Under the pieces are notes generated by a model. That model was not told where the DNA came from and did not search any database. It saw only the letters and a program-made list of their open reading frames with translations. A program made the translations under genes and the position numbers. A stretch of DNA of 64,000 nt from an uncultured Verrucomicrobiae bacterium (lineage in GTDB: Bacteria; Verrucomicrobiota; Verrucomicrobiia; Chthoniobacterales; UBA10450), in the NCBI GenBank assembly GCA_963772365.1, contig CAVYXA010000005.1, forward strand, positions 128,001 to 192,000. The letters are read 5' to 3'. Positions 21,988 through 32,283 of this stretch are shown here, piece after piece (positions within the stretch are counted from its first letter, which is position 1; each line of letters begins with the position of its first letter).

Positions 21988-23625
21988 ATGAGCGCTGCGC
22001 CTGAGAGTTTGCAGAGCGTCTTCGATCGTACGTTCGCTGGAATCGATCAGGCGTGGGGAGCCTTCACACCGAAATTGACGCCGCGCGAAGTAGGCACGAT
22101 CAGCAGCGTCTCCACGGGGATCGCCCGGGTTTCCGGTCTTCCCGGCGCGGGCTTCGAGGAGCTGCTTAAATTTCCCGGGGCTGTGTTCGGCATCGCGTTC
22201 AATGTGGATGAGGACGAAATCGGCGTCGTGCTGCTCGGCGAATACTGGCATCTACACGCAGGCGATGAAGTCGAGCGCACGGGTCGGGTCATGGACGTGG
22301 CCGTGGGCGAGGGCTTACTTGGACGTGTGATTGATCCGCTCGGTCGACCACTCGATGGCAGGGGGCCCGTGACCGCCAGCGATCGCTTGCCCATCGAACG
22401 CCCCGCTACAGCGATCATGGATCGCGCGCCCGTCACTGTGCCACTTCAGACCGGACTCAAAGTCATCGATGCGCTCATTCCCATTGGGCACGGCCAGCGC
22501 GAGCTGATTTTGGGTGACCGCCGAACGGGCAAGACGGCCATTGCAATCGACACTATCCTCAACCAGCGCGGCCGGAATGTCGTGTGTGTCTATTGTGCCA
22601 TCGGCCAGCGCGCTTCCGCCGTCGCGAAGGCCGTGGCCGGCTTGCGGGAGAAGGGCGCGATGGATTACACCGTCGTGGTCGTGACCGAAGGCAACGACCC
22701 GCCCGGTCTGGCTTACATCGCTCCTTACGCCGCGACCAGCATCGCGGAGCATTTCATGGAAGCGGGCCGCGACGTGCTCATCGTTTATGACGACCTCACC
22801 CATCACGCGCGCGCCTATCGCGAGCTTTCTTTGCTACTGCGTCGGCCACCCGGTCGCGAAGCTTTCCCCGGAGACATCTTCTACATCCACTCGCGGCTGC
22901 TCGAACGCGCCACGCACTTGCGTAAGGGACTCGGCGGCGGCTCGCTCACCGCGCTGCCGATTATCGAAACCGAAGCGCAAAACATTTCTGCCTACATTCC
23001 GACCAATCTGATCTCCATCACCGATGGACAGATTTATCTCTCGCCGTCGCTATTCGAATTGGGCGTGTTGCCCGCGGTCGATGTCGGAAAATCTGTTTCA
23101 CGCGTCGGCGGCAAGGCGCAGCGGGCGGCCTACCGCGCGGTGGCAGGCGACCTGAAGCTTGCCTACGCACAATTTGAGGAACGCGAAGTCTTTTCCCGAT
23201 TCGGCGCCCGGCTGGATGAAGAAGCCCGCAAGATCATCGACCATGGACAGCGCATCCGCGCCTGTCTCGAGCAATCGGAATTCGCGCCGGTATCTGTGCC
23301 TGAGCAAATCGCCGTGCTGCTGGCGTTGACCATGGACCTGTTCGACGACGTGCCGCTTGAGCGGATGAAGGAGGCCGAGCAGGCATTGCGCGAGGCCGCC
23401 GCGAAAATTCCGGCGGACGTAGCCGAGAGATTGGATACCGCCGATAAGTTGAGCGATGACGATCGCAAAACGATCCTCGAAATTGCCCGCCAGGCGCTCG
23501 CCCGTTTCCATCCCAAACCGAAAGGAAAAGCCGAAGCCAAAGTTGGACCTGAACCTCAGCCCAAGCCGAAGGCCCAAACGGAGGTCAAACCAAAGCCCAA
23601 GGCGGTGGGCAAGGAGAAGACATGA
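21988..23625 (+). CDS. atpA: N-ATPase alpha subunit
   Basis: [47 protein letters not shown]. Confidence 0.95.
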   Translation: MSAAPESLQSVFDRTFAGIDQAWGAFTPKLTPREVGTISSVSTGIARVSGLPGAGFEELLKFPGAVFGIAFNVDEDEIGVVLLGEYWHLHAGDEVERTGRVMDVAVGEGLLGRVIDPLGRPLDGRGPVTASDRLPIERPATAIMDRAPVTVPLQTGLKVIDALIPIGHGQRELILGDRRTGKTAIAIDTILNQRGRNVVCVYCAIGQRASAVAKAVAGLREKGAMDYTVVVVTEGNDPPGLAYIAPYAATSIAEHFMEAGRDVLIVYDDLTHHARAYRELSLLLRRPPGREAFPGDIFYIHSRLLERATHLRKGLGGGSLTALPIIETEAQNISAYIPTNLISITDGQIYLSPSLFELGVLPAVDVGKSVSRVGGKAQRAAYRAVAGDLKLAYAQFEEREVFSRFGARLDEEARKIIDHGQRIRACLEQSEFAPVSVPEQIAVLLALTMDLFDDVPLERMKEAEQALREAAAKIPADVAERLDTADKLSDDDRKTILEIARQALARFHPKPKGKAEAKVGPEPQPKPKAQTEVKPKPKAVGKEKT

Positions 23626-24548
23626 GCAATACCACGGAGAGTCTGCGCCGAAAGATCGACAGCGCCGGCGATCTGCAATCCGTTGTCCGCACGATGAAAG
23701 CTTTGGCCGCTTCGAGCATCGGCCAGTACGAAAAATCGGTTCAATCGTTAGGCGACTACAATCGCACCGTGGAGTTGGGATTGGGCGTCTGTTTCCGCGC
23801 TGCCGGTTCAGCGGCGTTGATCACTGGAGAGACAAAACGCACGAATGCAACGGCGATCGGTGCCGTTGTGTTTGGCTCCGACCAGGGATTGGTAGGCCAG
23901 TTTAATGATGTCGTGACCGATCAGGCGGCCAAGACTCTGGGAGCTTTTACCGACAAACCGCAGATCTGGGCCGTCGGCGAGCGCGTTCATGCCCGGTTGC
24001 AGGACGCAGGGCTCCCTCCGGCCGGCCTCTTGGCCGTGCCAAATTCCGTCAAGGCCATCACCCCGCTCGTCGGCCAGATCCTCGTGGAAAGCGAGGCGCG
24101 CCGCGGGCAGGGCGAGGTCGGCGAACTCCACCTCTTCTACAACCGCCTCATCTCCGGAGCGGCCTATGAGCCCGTTAACCAGCGACTGCTGCCGCTGGAC
24201 GAAGCCTGGCGACGCAAGCTGGCGGAACTTCCCTGGCCGACCAAGAACCTGCCCGAAGTCATGGGCGGCAGCACCGCGACATTGCGGGCACTCATCCGCG
24301 AATATCTTTTCGTCTCGCTTTTCCGGGCGTGCGCCGAATCCCTCGCGAGCGAGAACGCGAGTCGCTTGGCGGCGATGCAGCGCGCCGACAAGAATATCGA
24401 CGAGCTACTGGAGGACCTTAACGGGACATTCCACCGTTTGCGCCAGACCGGCATCGACGAGGAACTATTCGACGTTATCTCCGGCTTTGAAGCGTTGTCG
24501 AACGGAGGGAAATCCAAGGAGCGAGGATTCACGGACAAGAGGAATTGA
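23622..24548 (+). CDS. atpG: N-ATPase gamma subunit
   Basis: [43 protein letters not shown]. Confidence 0.93.
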   Translation: MSNTTESLRRKIDSAGDLQSVVRTMKALAASSIGQYEKSVQSLGDYNRTVELGLGVCFRAAGSAALITGETKRTNATAIGAVVFGSDQGLVGQFNDVVTDQAAKTLGAFTDKPQIWAVGERVHARLQDAGLPPAGLLAVPNSVKAITPLVGQILVESEARRGQGEVGELHLFYNRLISGAAYEPVNQRLLPLDEAWRRKLAELPWPTKNLPEVMGGSTATLRALIREYLFVSLFRACAESLASENASRLAAMQRADKNIDELLEDLNGTFHRLRQTGIDEELFDVISGFEALSNGGKSKERGFTDKRN

Positions 24549-24551
24549 ACC

Positions 24552-25397
24552 ATGAACTATCGAAAAGAATTTTTCGTCAGGCTTGGGAGCCATCTCCAGC
24601 TCAAGGATTTCAATCCGTCATTCGCCGACAAGCGCGAAGATAAAAAATCGGCACGTTCGAAGATCAAGAAGCTGCAAAAGCAGATGGACGAGTTGCAGTT
24701 TCAACTCTACGCGGAACAGAAACGTTCACTGCTCATTTGCCTGCAGGCTCCCGATGCGGGTGGAAAGGACGGGGTTGTTAGGCACGTCATCGGCTCGATG
24801 AATCCGCAGGGTTGCCGCGTCGTTAGTTTCAAACAACCGTCGGCCGAGGAACGTGCGCACGATTTTTTGTGGCGCGTTGAATACCAGACTCCGAAGCGTG
24901 GCGAGGTCGTGATTTTCAACCGCTCGCATTACGAAGATGTGCTCATCGTGCGAGTGCATCATTTGGTTGCCAGAAGGATCTGGTCGAAGCGCTACGAGGA
25001 GATCAACAACTTCGAGCGACGCCTCGGCGCGGACGGCACGCACATTCTGAAATTCTTTCTGCATATCAGCAAGGAAGAGCAACTGCGCCGTTTCGAGAAG
25101 CGGCTCGATGATCCATTGCGGCGATGGAAAATCAGCGAAGATTACTCGGAAAGAGAATATTGGGGCGATTACGCGGCCGCCTACGAGGACGCGCTCAGCA
25201 AATGCAGCACCGACGACGCGCCATGGTTTGTGATTCCTTCCGATCACAAATGGTTCCGCGATTTGGCGATCTCGCGGATTATTGTTGAGACGATGGAAAA
25301 CCTCGGGATCGAGGTTCCGGAACCGACCGTGAACATTGCCGACATCCGCAGAAAATATCACGAGGCGGTTGAAGAGGTGGAAAAAAGCGGAAAGTGA
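24552..25397 (+). CDS. ppk2: Polyphosphate kinase 2 family protein
   Basis: QAPDAGGKDG, MNPQG, FKQPS, HDFLWR, FNRSHYEDVL, DHKWFR. Confidence 0.93.
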   Translation: MNYRKEFFVRLGSHLQLKDFNPSFADKREDKKSARSKIKKLQKQMDELQFQLYAEQKRSLLICLQAPDAGGKDGVVRHVIGSMNPQGCRVVSFKQPSAEERAHDFLWRVEYQTPKRGEVVIFNRSHYEDVLIVRVHHLVARRIWSKRYEEINNFERRLGADGTHILKFFLHISKEEQLRRFEKRLDDPLRRWKISEDYSEREYWGDYAAAYEDALSKCSTDDAPWFVIPSDHKWFRDLAISRIIVETMENLGIEVPEPTVNIADIRRKYHEAVEEVEKSGK

Positions 25398-25422
25398 ACT
25401 TGCGATCGCAGGCCCATTTGAA

Positions 25423-27177
25423 GTGAGAAGCAAGAACGTAAGTCCCGATGCGGGAAAACCGGCCGACCAATTCCACCTGGTCGATGTGCCGCGGCTTATC
25501 ACCGCTTATTACACCGACGTGCCGGACCCGGCGGTGCCGGCGCAGCGCGTGGCGTTTGGGACCTCAGGACATCGCGGCTCGTCATTCAAGCGGGCTTTCA
25601 ACGAATGGCACATCCTTGCGATCACGCAGGCGATTTGCCAGTATCGCGCGCAGCACAACATCAGCGGCCCGCTCTTTCTCGGCATCGATACGCATGCACT
25701 TTCGATCCCGGCCTGCGCCACTGCGCTCGAAGTGCTAGCAGCAAATGGAGTCGAGGTGATGCTTGCCGAAGGAGACGAATATACTCCAACCCCGGTTATT
25801 TCCCACGCGATTCTGACTTACAACCGCGGGCGGAAAACCGGCTTGGCCGACGGGATTGTCATCACGCCATCGCACAACCCGCCGCATGATGGCGGTTTCA
25901 AATATAACCCGCCTAACGGAGGGCCGGCGGACAACGCCGTGACCGATTGGATCGAGGCGCAGGCAAATGCGCTGCTGGAAGCTCGCCCCAAAGGAGTGAA
26001 GAGAATTCCCCAGGAACAGGCGTTGCGCGCCTCGACGACGCATCGACACGACTACCTCAATGTCTACATCAACGATCTTGGCAATGTCATCGACCTGGAT
26101 GTTGTTCGCGGCGCAAACCTGCGGCTCGGGGTCGATCCGCTCGGCGGCGCCGGCGTCCATTATTGGGCACGAATCGCCGAGCGCCACGGCTTGAACCTGA
26201 CCGTCGTGAACGCCGCGGTCGATCCCACCTTTCGTTTCATGACGGTGGATTGGGATGGACAGATTCGGATGGATCCATCCTCGCCTTATGCGATGGAGCG
26301 GCTTATCGGGATGAAGGATCACTTCGATCTCTCGTTCGCCTGTGATACCGACCACGATCGGCACGGAATTGTCACGAAAAGCGTTGGGCTTCTTCCGCCC
26401 AATCACTTTCTTGCGGTAGCTATTTCCCAGCTCTTTCAAAACCGTCCTAACTGGCATCCTGAAGCGGCCGTTGGAAAAACCGTAGTGAGCAGCGCGATGA
26501 TCGATCGCGTCACGGCAAAGCTAGGCCGAAGGCTCTTCGAGGTGCCGGTCGGCTTTAAATGGTTCGTCGATGGCTTGCTCGATGGATCGCTCGGTTTTGG
26601 CGGAGAAGAAAGCGCCGGAGCGACGTTTGTCCGTCTGGATGGCAGCGTTTGGACCACGGACAAGGATGGATTCGTTCCTTGTTTGCTCGCTGCGGAAATC
26701 ACCGCGCGGACGGGCCGCGATCCCGGCGAACTCTACCGCGAACTCACGCACGAGTTCGGTGAACTTATCTACGACCGGGTCGAGGCGCCAGCCACTCCGG
26801 AGCAAAAAGAACTGTTATCAAAACTCTCACCGCAGCAGGTGAAACTCAGCGAGCTGGCAGGCGAGAAGATCCAGACTGTCCTAACTCGCGCACCCGGCAA
26901 TAGCGCGCTCATCGGCGGACTAAAGGTGATAGCTGAGAGTGGATGGTTCGCGGCGCGTCCGTCAGGAACGGAAGACATCTACAAGATCTATGCGGAGAGC
27001 TTCCGCGGAGCTGATCATCTCCGCCGCATTCTGGAGGAAGCCCAAACAATCGTTAGCGAGGCTTTGGCCGTGCCGCCGGTACCAAAACGCGACCAAACCC
27101 GCTCGTTGTCCGACCGGCCTCAGATGACTGTCGCGCAAGCTGTAGAGGTTTGGCGCAACGAGGGAGATCCGAACTAG
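25423..27177 (+). CDS. pgm: Phosphoglucomutase (alpha-D-glucose-1,6-bisphosphate dependent), with C-terminal extension; start approximate
   Basis: FGTSGHRG, ITPSHNPP, DTDHDRH, GGEESAG, ARPSGTE. Confidence 0.95.
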   Translation: MRSKNVSPDAGKPADQFHLVDVPRLITAYYTDVPDPAVPAQRVAFGTSGHRGSSFKRAFNEWHILAITQAICQYRAQHNISGPLFLGIDTHALSIPACATALEVLAANGVEVMLAEGDEYTPTPVISHAILTYNRGRKTGLADGIVITPSHNPPHDGGFKYNPPNGGPADNAVTDWIEAQANALLEARPKGVKRIPQEQALRASTTHRHDYLNVYINDLGNVIDLDVVRGANLRLGVDPLGGAGVHYWARIAERHGLNLTVVNAAVDPTFRFMTVDWDGQIRMDPSSPYAMERLIGMKDHFDLSFACDTDHDRHGIVTKSVGLLPPNHFLAVAISQLFQNRPNWHPEAAVGKTVVSSAMIDRVTAKLGRRLFEVPVGFKWFVDGLLDGSLGFGGEESAGATFVRLDGSVWTTDKDGFVPCLLAAEITARTGRDPGELYRELTHEFGELIYDRVEAPATPEQKELLSKLSPQQVKLSELAGEKIQTVLTRAPGNSALIGGLKVIAESGWFAARPSGTEDIYKIYAESFRGADHLRRILEEAQTIVSEALAVPPVPKRDQTRSLSDRPQMTVAQAVEVWRNEGDPN

Positions 27178-27436
27178 TGCACGCAAAGAATTTCTCCGAA
27201 ACAGATCCCCTCGCGGTCAACGGCTCGACCCAGGAGAAATCACCTTCTTGGATTTTCCGTTTCGAGTATAGGAAAACCGCAAATAACAAAAAGGTACCGG
27301 ACCCCGTAGGCTCCGGTTCCTTTTCGACATCTCCTGGAAGTTCAGGAAGCGAAATTACCATGTCGCTCTCTCTGCGGCGCAGAACGACGCCGACTGCGGT
27401 TATTCTGAGGCGAAATTCTCAAGCCCGGTCGACCAT

Positions 27437-27649
27437 ATGAAATACTCACAGTTAAGGCGCGGTCTTTCACCGGAGGAAGCAGCCGCATATGTGGGCAGCA
27501 AAGAACTGTTGCGCCAATTTGAACTGGCGAAATGGCTAAAGCCGTTTATTCGTGGCAATCGGCTCACGAGGTTTGATATTCGAGATTTGGACGGTTGCAT
27601 TGATCGCCTTAAAGCGGGCGAACTGCTTCCAAACGCAAATGCGGCGTGA
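27437..27649 (+). CDS. Excisionase-like helix-turn-helix protein
   Basis: 70 aa; LSPEEAAAYVG...RFDIRDLD pattern; abuts the integrase. Confidence 0.7.
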   Translation: MKYSQLRRGLSPEEAAAYVGSKELLRQFELAKWLKPFIRGNRLTRFDIRDLDGCIDRLKAGELLPNANAA

Positions 27650-28666
27650 TCAGATCCGAAATGCCTTCATGATTTCGCGATCATCAGGTCGTAATTTCGC
27701 GTAATGCCGCTGCACGACGCGAACGTCGTCGCCAAGCCAGGTCGCAATTCTGTAAATGTCGATGCCCTTGCTCGCGCAGATAGAAGCAAACGAGTGGCGC
27801 ATTACATGTGGACTGATCCAAGGTACGCCCTGCGCTTTCATGTAGTCGGAAAACGCGCGTCGAAAATCGAATCGGTAGCGATGACTGCCCTGCACGACAC
27901 CCGGCTGCAAGACGTACGGGGAACGCAAGCCCCAGTGTTTGAGAAAGTCCGCAAATTGATCCGTTAGCGGTACGGTGCGCGCATCGCGGTCCTTGGGCCG
28001 AAAAGTTGCGGTTGCGCGAATCTCTACCGTTCGCGCTGAGAGATTAAACCACTCGGGGACAGCTTCGATGATTTCCAGCTTTCGCATCCCAGTGTGGAAG
28101 CCGCAGAACAGTACGTACCGCAGATCATCGTTAGGCGCATTTTCTATCAGTCGTTGCGCGAGATCAAAATCGGCAAAGAGAGTCCTGCCCTTTCGATCAA
28201 TCCGATCGAGCTGCACCTCGATTACAGGATTGCGTCGGCATAGATTTTCCTTCGCGCACCAATTGAAGAATGACCGCAGCGTGAACATGTAACTCTCTGC
28301 CGTGCTAGGAGCCACGCGCTTCTTCGCAGCATTGTAGAAAGCTTTGCAGTGATAGCCCGTGACGCTTAGCGGCGGAATGTCGTTCACGGCGTCGGCAAAC
28401 ATTTTCAGACACGAACGTTTACTCTCCGCGCTCATTTTGCTATAGCGATTCGTCTCATACTTGTGTTTCAGGAACCGATCGATCTCGGCGGTAAAAGATT
28501 GCGCCGGTTGCAGATCGGGACTTTCGCTGATTTCCCGCGCACGTTGCAGGGCCGCAACGTAGTCTCCCGTTTCGAGTGAAATGAAGCTCCGACGACCGTT
28601 CACCTGCTTGGCGAACCAATAGGTGCCGCCGCGCAAGTAGACGCCCTTAACTCTGCCTTTGAGCAC
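27650..28666 (-). CDS. Tyrosine recombinase/integrase
   Basis: HTGMRKLE (R), RPKD (K), HVMRHSFAS (HxxR), WLGD, QRHYA (Y); next to a tRNA fragment. Confidence 0.93.
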   Translation of the reverse strand: MLKGRVKGVYLRGGTYWFAKQVNGRRSFISLETGDYVAALQRAREISESPDLQPAQSFTAEIDRFLKHKYETNRYSKMSAESKRSCLKMFADAVNDIPPLSVTGYHCKAFYNAAKKRVAPSTAESYMFTLRSFFNWCAKENLCRRNPVIEVQLDRIDRKGRTLFADFDLAQRLIENAPNDDLRYVLFCGFHTGMRKLEIIEAVPEWFNLSARTVEIRATATFRPKDRDARTVPLTDQFADFLKHWGLRSPYVLQPGVVQGSHRYRFDFRRAFSDYMKAQGVPWISPHVMRHSFASICASKGIDIYRIATWLGDDVRVVQRHYAKLRPDDREIMKAFRI

Positions 28667-28851
28667 GCCGACATGCTCGCTTTTGAAAGAGATTCAGCGG
28701 CTCCAGCCAAGGAGCATTTCTTCGGTCTCGTCCAGCGTTCACGTCGTTACGCCGATTCTATGCTGCAACATTTACCTCAATTGCCTATCTTTGCAGACAG
28801 CTTAAATTTCAGCTTTAACAGACTCGTGAAGCGACATGCATTAATCCAGGT

Positions 28852-29000
28852 TGTCACACTTTCAGCCGTGACATTTTCGTCGCATTGTTGTTGAAAAACG
28901 TGACTCGTGCAAAGTACCCTACCGTAAATTACCGTGTTTTACTGTCACATTTTCCTGTCACATTTCGCGATTTTACATGGATTTGCATGGCCTCATATGG
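28852..29000. repeat. Putative integrase arm-type and Xis binding repeats
   Basis: CTGTCACATTT x2 (28942, 28955); TGTCACACTTT (28852); CGTGACATTTT (28867); TAC(C/T)GT at 28920/28930/28940; (C/T)ATGG ending at 28980/28990/29000. Confidence 0.6.
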
Positions 29001-29045
29001 AGTTGTCCACGAAGGAAAAGTTTTTTTCAAGAGGCTCCGGGCACG

Positions 29046-29090
29046 TTGACACGGTAGGGGTCAGAGGTTCGAAACCTCTACCGCGCACCA
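29046..29090 (+). mobile_element. att site: 3' half of tRNA-Val(GAC), from anticodon loop to CCA; not an intact tRNA
   Basis: TTGACAC GGTAG GGGTC AGAGG TTCGAAA CCTCT ACCGCGC A CCA; upstream lacks the CTACC anticodon stem, D-arm and GCGCGGT acceptor strand. Confidence 0.88.
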
Positions 29091-29105
29091 GCTCATTCTC
29101 TGTTC

Positions 29106-29678
29106 ATGCCTGATTCATCCGATGTTTTGAAAAGGTCGATTAGTGCGGCGACCAAGACATTTGAATCACTCCTGAACTTGGACGAACCGCTCCAAAAAGC
29201 GGCCGATCTAATTGAAAGATCTCTGCGAAGTGGCCGCAAGTTGCTCGTTTGCGGCAACGGCGGCAGCGCGGCGGATGCGGCTCATTTCGCCACCGAATTT
29301 GTTGTCCGTTTCATCAATGATCGTCCGGCTTATCCGGCAATTTGTCTCGCCGGCGATGGTGGATTGCTCACTGCCGCCGGGAATGATTATGGATTCGACG
29401 AAATCTTTGCTCGCCAGGTCGCAGCGTTAGGAGTTGAAAACGATCTGCTCATTTGCCTCAGCACGTCGGGGAATTCCAAGAATGTGAAGCGGGCGCTGGA
29501 GGAAGCGAAATCGCGCAAACTGAGAACGATCTGTTTTCTGGGCCGCGACGGTGGATCGACTGTCGGAATGTCCGATGTCGATCTTCTCGTCGCTAGTGAT
29601 TCCACTGCGCGAATCCAGGAGGCTCACACGTTTTTGCTACACGTTCTGTGCGAGACTGTCGAAGCTCGTCTGGCCTGA
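29106..29678 (+). CDS. gmhA: Phosphoheptose isomerase (SIS domain)
   Basis: CGNGGSAADAAHFATE, GNDYGFDEIFARQ, STSGNS, ARIQEAH. Confidence 0.92.
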   Translation: MPDSSDVLKRSISAATKTFESLLNLDEPLQKAADLIERSLRSGRKLLVCGNGGSAADAAHFATEFVVRFINDRPAYPAICLAGDGGLLTAAGNDYGFDEIFARQVAALGVENDLLICLSTSGNSKNVKRALEEAKSRKLRTICFLGRDGGSTVGMSDVDLLVASDSTARIQEAHTFLLHVLCETVEARLA

Positions 29679-29737
29679 TTGCGGCCCGACTGGAAGAGAA
29701 CAATCGCCTTCATCTTTAACTGGCGTATTCTAGACCA

Positions 29738-30400
29738 GTGCGATCGCAGATTTGTCTGTCCTTCATCGGGATTCTAGCGCTGGTCGCAACGAGCGTTTTA
29801 GCCGGCGAGGATTCCGGTTCGATCAATCCGAAGGAAGGCTGGAACCTCCTTGCCCGGGTTCGAAACATCGCCATCTACAGCCGCCCGCATCCGGGATCTT
29901 CCATCAAAGAATTTGCCGGCGTCGGCATGATCGAAGCTTCCACGCGCACTGTTCGCGCCGTCCTCGATGATTTTGATAATTATCCGAATTTCATGCCGTT
30001 CACGACCGAGTGCCATTTGGTTAAGCGCGAGGGGGAATCGGTCATTGGTTATCAGCGGATTTCACCAGGCATTATCGCCGATCGTGATTATACACTGCGG
30101 GTTTGGAATCAATCGTGGCCAACTTCAAACGGGCTCGTTTTTTTGAGCCAATGGACTTCTGCCAATGAGCTTGGACCGCCCGAAACAGAGGGTGTCGTGC
30201 GGGTTAAAATCTGCAACGGTCACTGGTTACTCGAACCAGACGGAAAAGATAAAACTCGCGCGACCTATTCGGTTTTTACCGACATTGGCGGAGTCATTCC
30301 GGCATTTCTAGCCAACCATGTCAGCAAGACGGGAATCGTGCGCGTGTTTCAAGCGGTCCGGACGCAGGCGAAAAATCCAAAATACATAGATGCAGATTGA
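29738..30400 (+). CDS. Secreted START/SRPBCC-domain protein
   Basis: Signal peptide; D..NYPNFMP, DRDYTL, GVVRV...GHWLLEP, DIGGVIPAFLAN. Confidence 0.75.
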   Translation: MRSQICLSFIGILALVATSVLAGEDSGSINPKEGWNLLARVRNIAIYSRPHPGSSIKEFAGVGMIEASTRTVRAVLDDFDNYPNFMPFTTECHLVKREGESVIGYQRISPGIIADRDYTLRVWNQSWPTSNGLVFLSQWTSANELGPPETEGVVRVKICNGHWLLEPDGKDKTRATYSVFTDIGGVIPAFLANHVSKTGIVRVFQAVRTQAKNPKYIDAD

Positions 30401-31191
30401 AAGCGGCAGATGACCCGATACAAAGCGGCGTGCAACAGCCGCCACCAGCCTCTGCTTCAACAAAGAAACTGCCGGTTAGCGCGGTTTTATTCGGCATTTT
30501 AGCCGGAATCGTCGGAGCTGCTGCCGGGCTCGCGATTGGGCTTGCGTTCGGCTCAATGCTGGCGTCGGCCCTGCATGTCTCGCCCATGGAAGGTGGCGCG
30601 GGCTATTTTGTTGTCAGCATCGCGTTACTCGTTTGCGTGATTGCGACGCCCATGTCGATCCTGCTGGTTCTCTACTGGGGAGGAGTGAGGAGGATTTGGC
30701 TCCTGGTTGGTTTATTTGTTGTTTGTGTTGGGATGATTGCAGTTGGCGGGAGTGGTTTTGGAGTCTGGTACATGGCGCAGCCGCATATTCCCAATACCAA
30801 CGGTCCAACGCCTCTGCTGGAATTCGAAGTAAGACCGCCCGATGGGCAATCCCTCGAGATGCTGACCAATGTCGAGGCCGAATTGGGCACCGATCGCAAC
30901 ACTATGCCTGCTTCCTGGCACGACCAGCCTGGTGAAGATCCGCGCGCAAAAGCGGGTTATGTAGAAATCTATTTCCGAACATCGCAGCGCTTGTTCATTT
31001 TGAAATTTCCAGGAAATGACGATCGGATCTACAAACTCCGGCTGCCGGCTAATCCGATGAAGGCGAAATATCGGGCGTGGTCGGCTTGGCAGAAGCCGGA
31101 CTTCGTCGCCAAAGGCAATGATCAACCATCTCGGGCCTCTGGCGGAGCCGATTACGAAATCCGCTACAAAATTGATTATCAGGATCGATAA
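30397..31191 (+). CDS. Hypothetical membrane protein (3 TM plus soluble domain)
   Basis: 264-aa ORF overlapping the previous stop; hydrophobic N-terminal half. Confidence 0.65.
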   Translation: MKAADDPIQSGVQQPPPASASTKKLPVSAVLFGILAGIVGAAAGLAIGLAFGSMLASALHVSPMEGGAGYFVVSIALLVCVIATPMSILLVLYWGGVRRIWLLVGLFVVCVGMIAVGGSGFGVWYMAQPHIPNTNGPTPLLEFEVRPPDGQSLEMLTNVEAELGTDRNTMPASWHDQPGEDPRAKAGYVEIYFRTSQRLFILKFPGNDDRIYKLRLPANPMKAKYRAWSAWQKPDFVAKGNDQPSRASGGADYEIRYKIDYQDR

Positions 31192-31239
31192 ATCATCACC
31201 GCGCGTTTTACGTCGGACTCTGCGCGCGTAGGTTTCTGC

Positions 31240-32283
31240 ATGTCTGTGTCCGAGGAAACGATACGGGAAGCGCTAAAATCGGTGAAATATCCCGGGTTTA
31301 GTCGGGACATCATTTCCTTCGGCCTGCTCAAGGGCGTTAACATCGACAATGGCGATGTAAGAGTACAACTCGCGCTGGCTACGAATGATCCGAGCGTGCC
31401 GGCAACCATCAAGAATGACGCGGAAAAGGTTTTGCGCGGAATCAACGGTGTTCGGGATGCAAAAGTTTTGATCGACATCCATGCGCCGCCTGCCGGCGCG
31501 GGCGCATCGGGAATGGTCACGACGCGGATCCCGGGAATTCGGCACGTTATCGCTGTGGCGAGCGGCAAAGGCGGGGTCGGCAAATCAACTATCGCAGCGA
31601 ATCTTGCAGTTGCTTTGCATGAAACGGAGTCACGGGTCGGGCTCTGCGATTGCGACATCTACGGTCCGAGCATTTCGCTCATGTTCGGTACGCGGGAACG
31701 ACCAATGGCCACAGAGGAAAATAAGATTGTCCCGATCGAGCAATATGGACTCCGGTTGATGTCGATGGGCTTTCTTCTGGACGATACATCCCCTGCGATT
31801 TTACGCGGGCCGATGGTCACTCGTTACACGCAGCAGTTTTTACGACAGGTGGAATGGGGTGAACTGGATTATCTGGTGCTCGATCTGCCACCGGGAACGG
31901 GCGATATCCAACTTACCATCGTGCAAACCGTCGCTCTCTCCGGCGCGATTATTGTCACCACGCCCCAGGAGGTCGCCCTCATCGACGCTCGAAAAGCTGC
32001 CACCATGTTCGAGAAAGTGAATGTCCCAGTCCTCGGTCTCATCGAAAACATGAGCTATTTCGTCTGCCCGAGTGACGGCAAACGCTACGATATTTTCGGC
32101 AGCGGCGGCGGGGAACGCGAAGCCAAACGCTTGCGGGTCCCGTTGCTCGGCCAAATCCCGATCGATATCGCCACTCGCGAAGCGGGTGATCGCGGAATGC
32201 CGATTGTTGGCGAAGATCGACAATCGCCTGTCAGTGCGGAATTCCTGAAGATTGCAAAACGAATTCGGGAAATGATCGACTAG
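31240..32283 (+). CDS. mrp: Mrp/NBP35 Fe-S cluster carrier ATPase
   Basis: SGKGGVGKST, DIYGPS, DLPPGTGD, VTTPQ, ENMS. Confidence 0.95.
   Translation: MSVSEETIREALKSVKYPGFSRDIISFGLLKGVNIDNGDVRVQLALATNDPSVPATIKNDAEKVLRGINGVRDAKVLIDIHAPPAGAGASGMVTTRIPGIRHVIAVASGKGGVGKSTIAANLAVALHETESRVGLCDCDIYGPSISLMFGTRERPMATEENKIVPIEQYGLRLMSMGFLLDDTSPAILRGPMVTRYTQQFLRQVEWGELDYLVLDLPPGTGDIQLTIVQTVALSGAIIVTTPQEVALIDARKAATMFEKVNVPVLGLIENMSYFVCPSDGKRYDIFGSGGGEREAKRLRVPLLGQIPIDIATREAGDRGMPIVGEDRQSPVSAEFLKIAKRIREMID

Noticed and set aside
27178..27436. Gene between pgm and xis
   Set aside because: Short ORFs on both strands lack recognisable features
29016..29090. Intact tRNA-Val gene
   Set aside because: The 5' acceptor strand, D-arm and 5' anticodon stem are missing; only the 3' half is present
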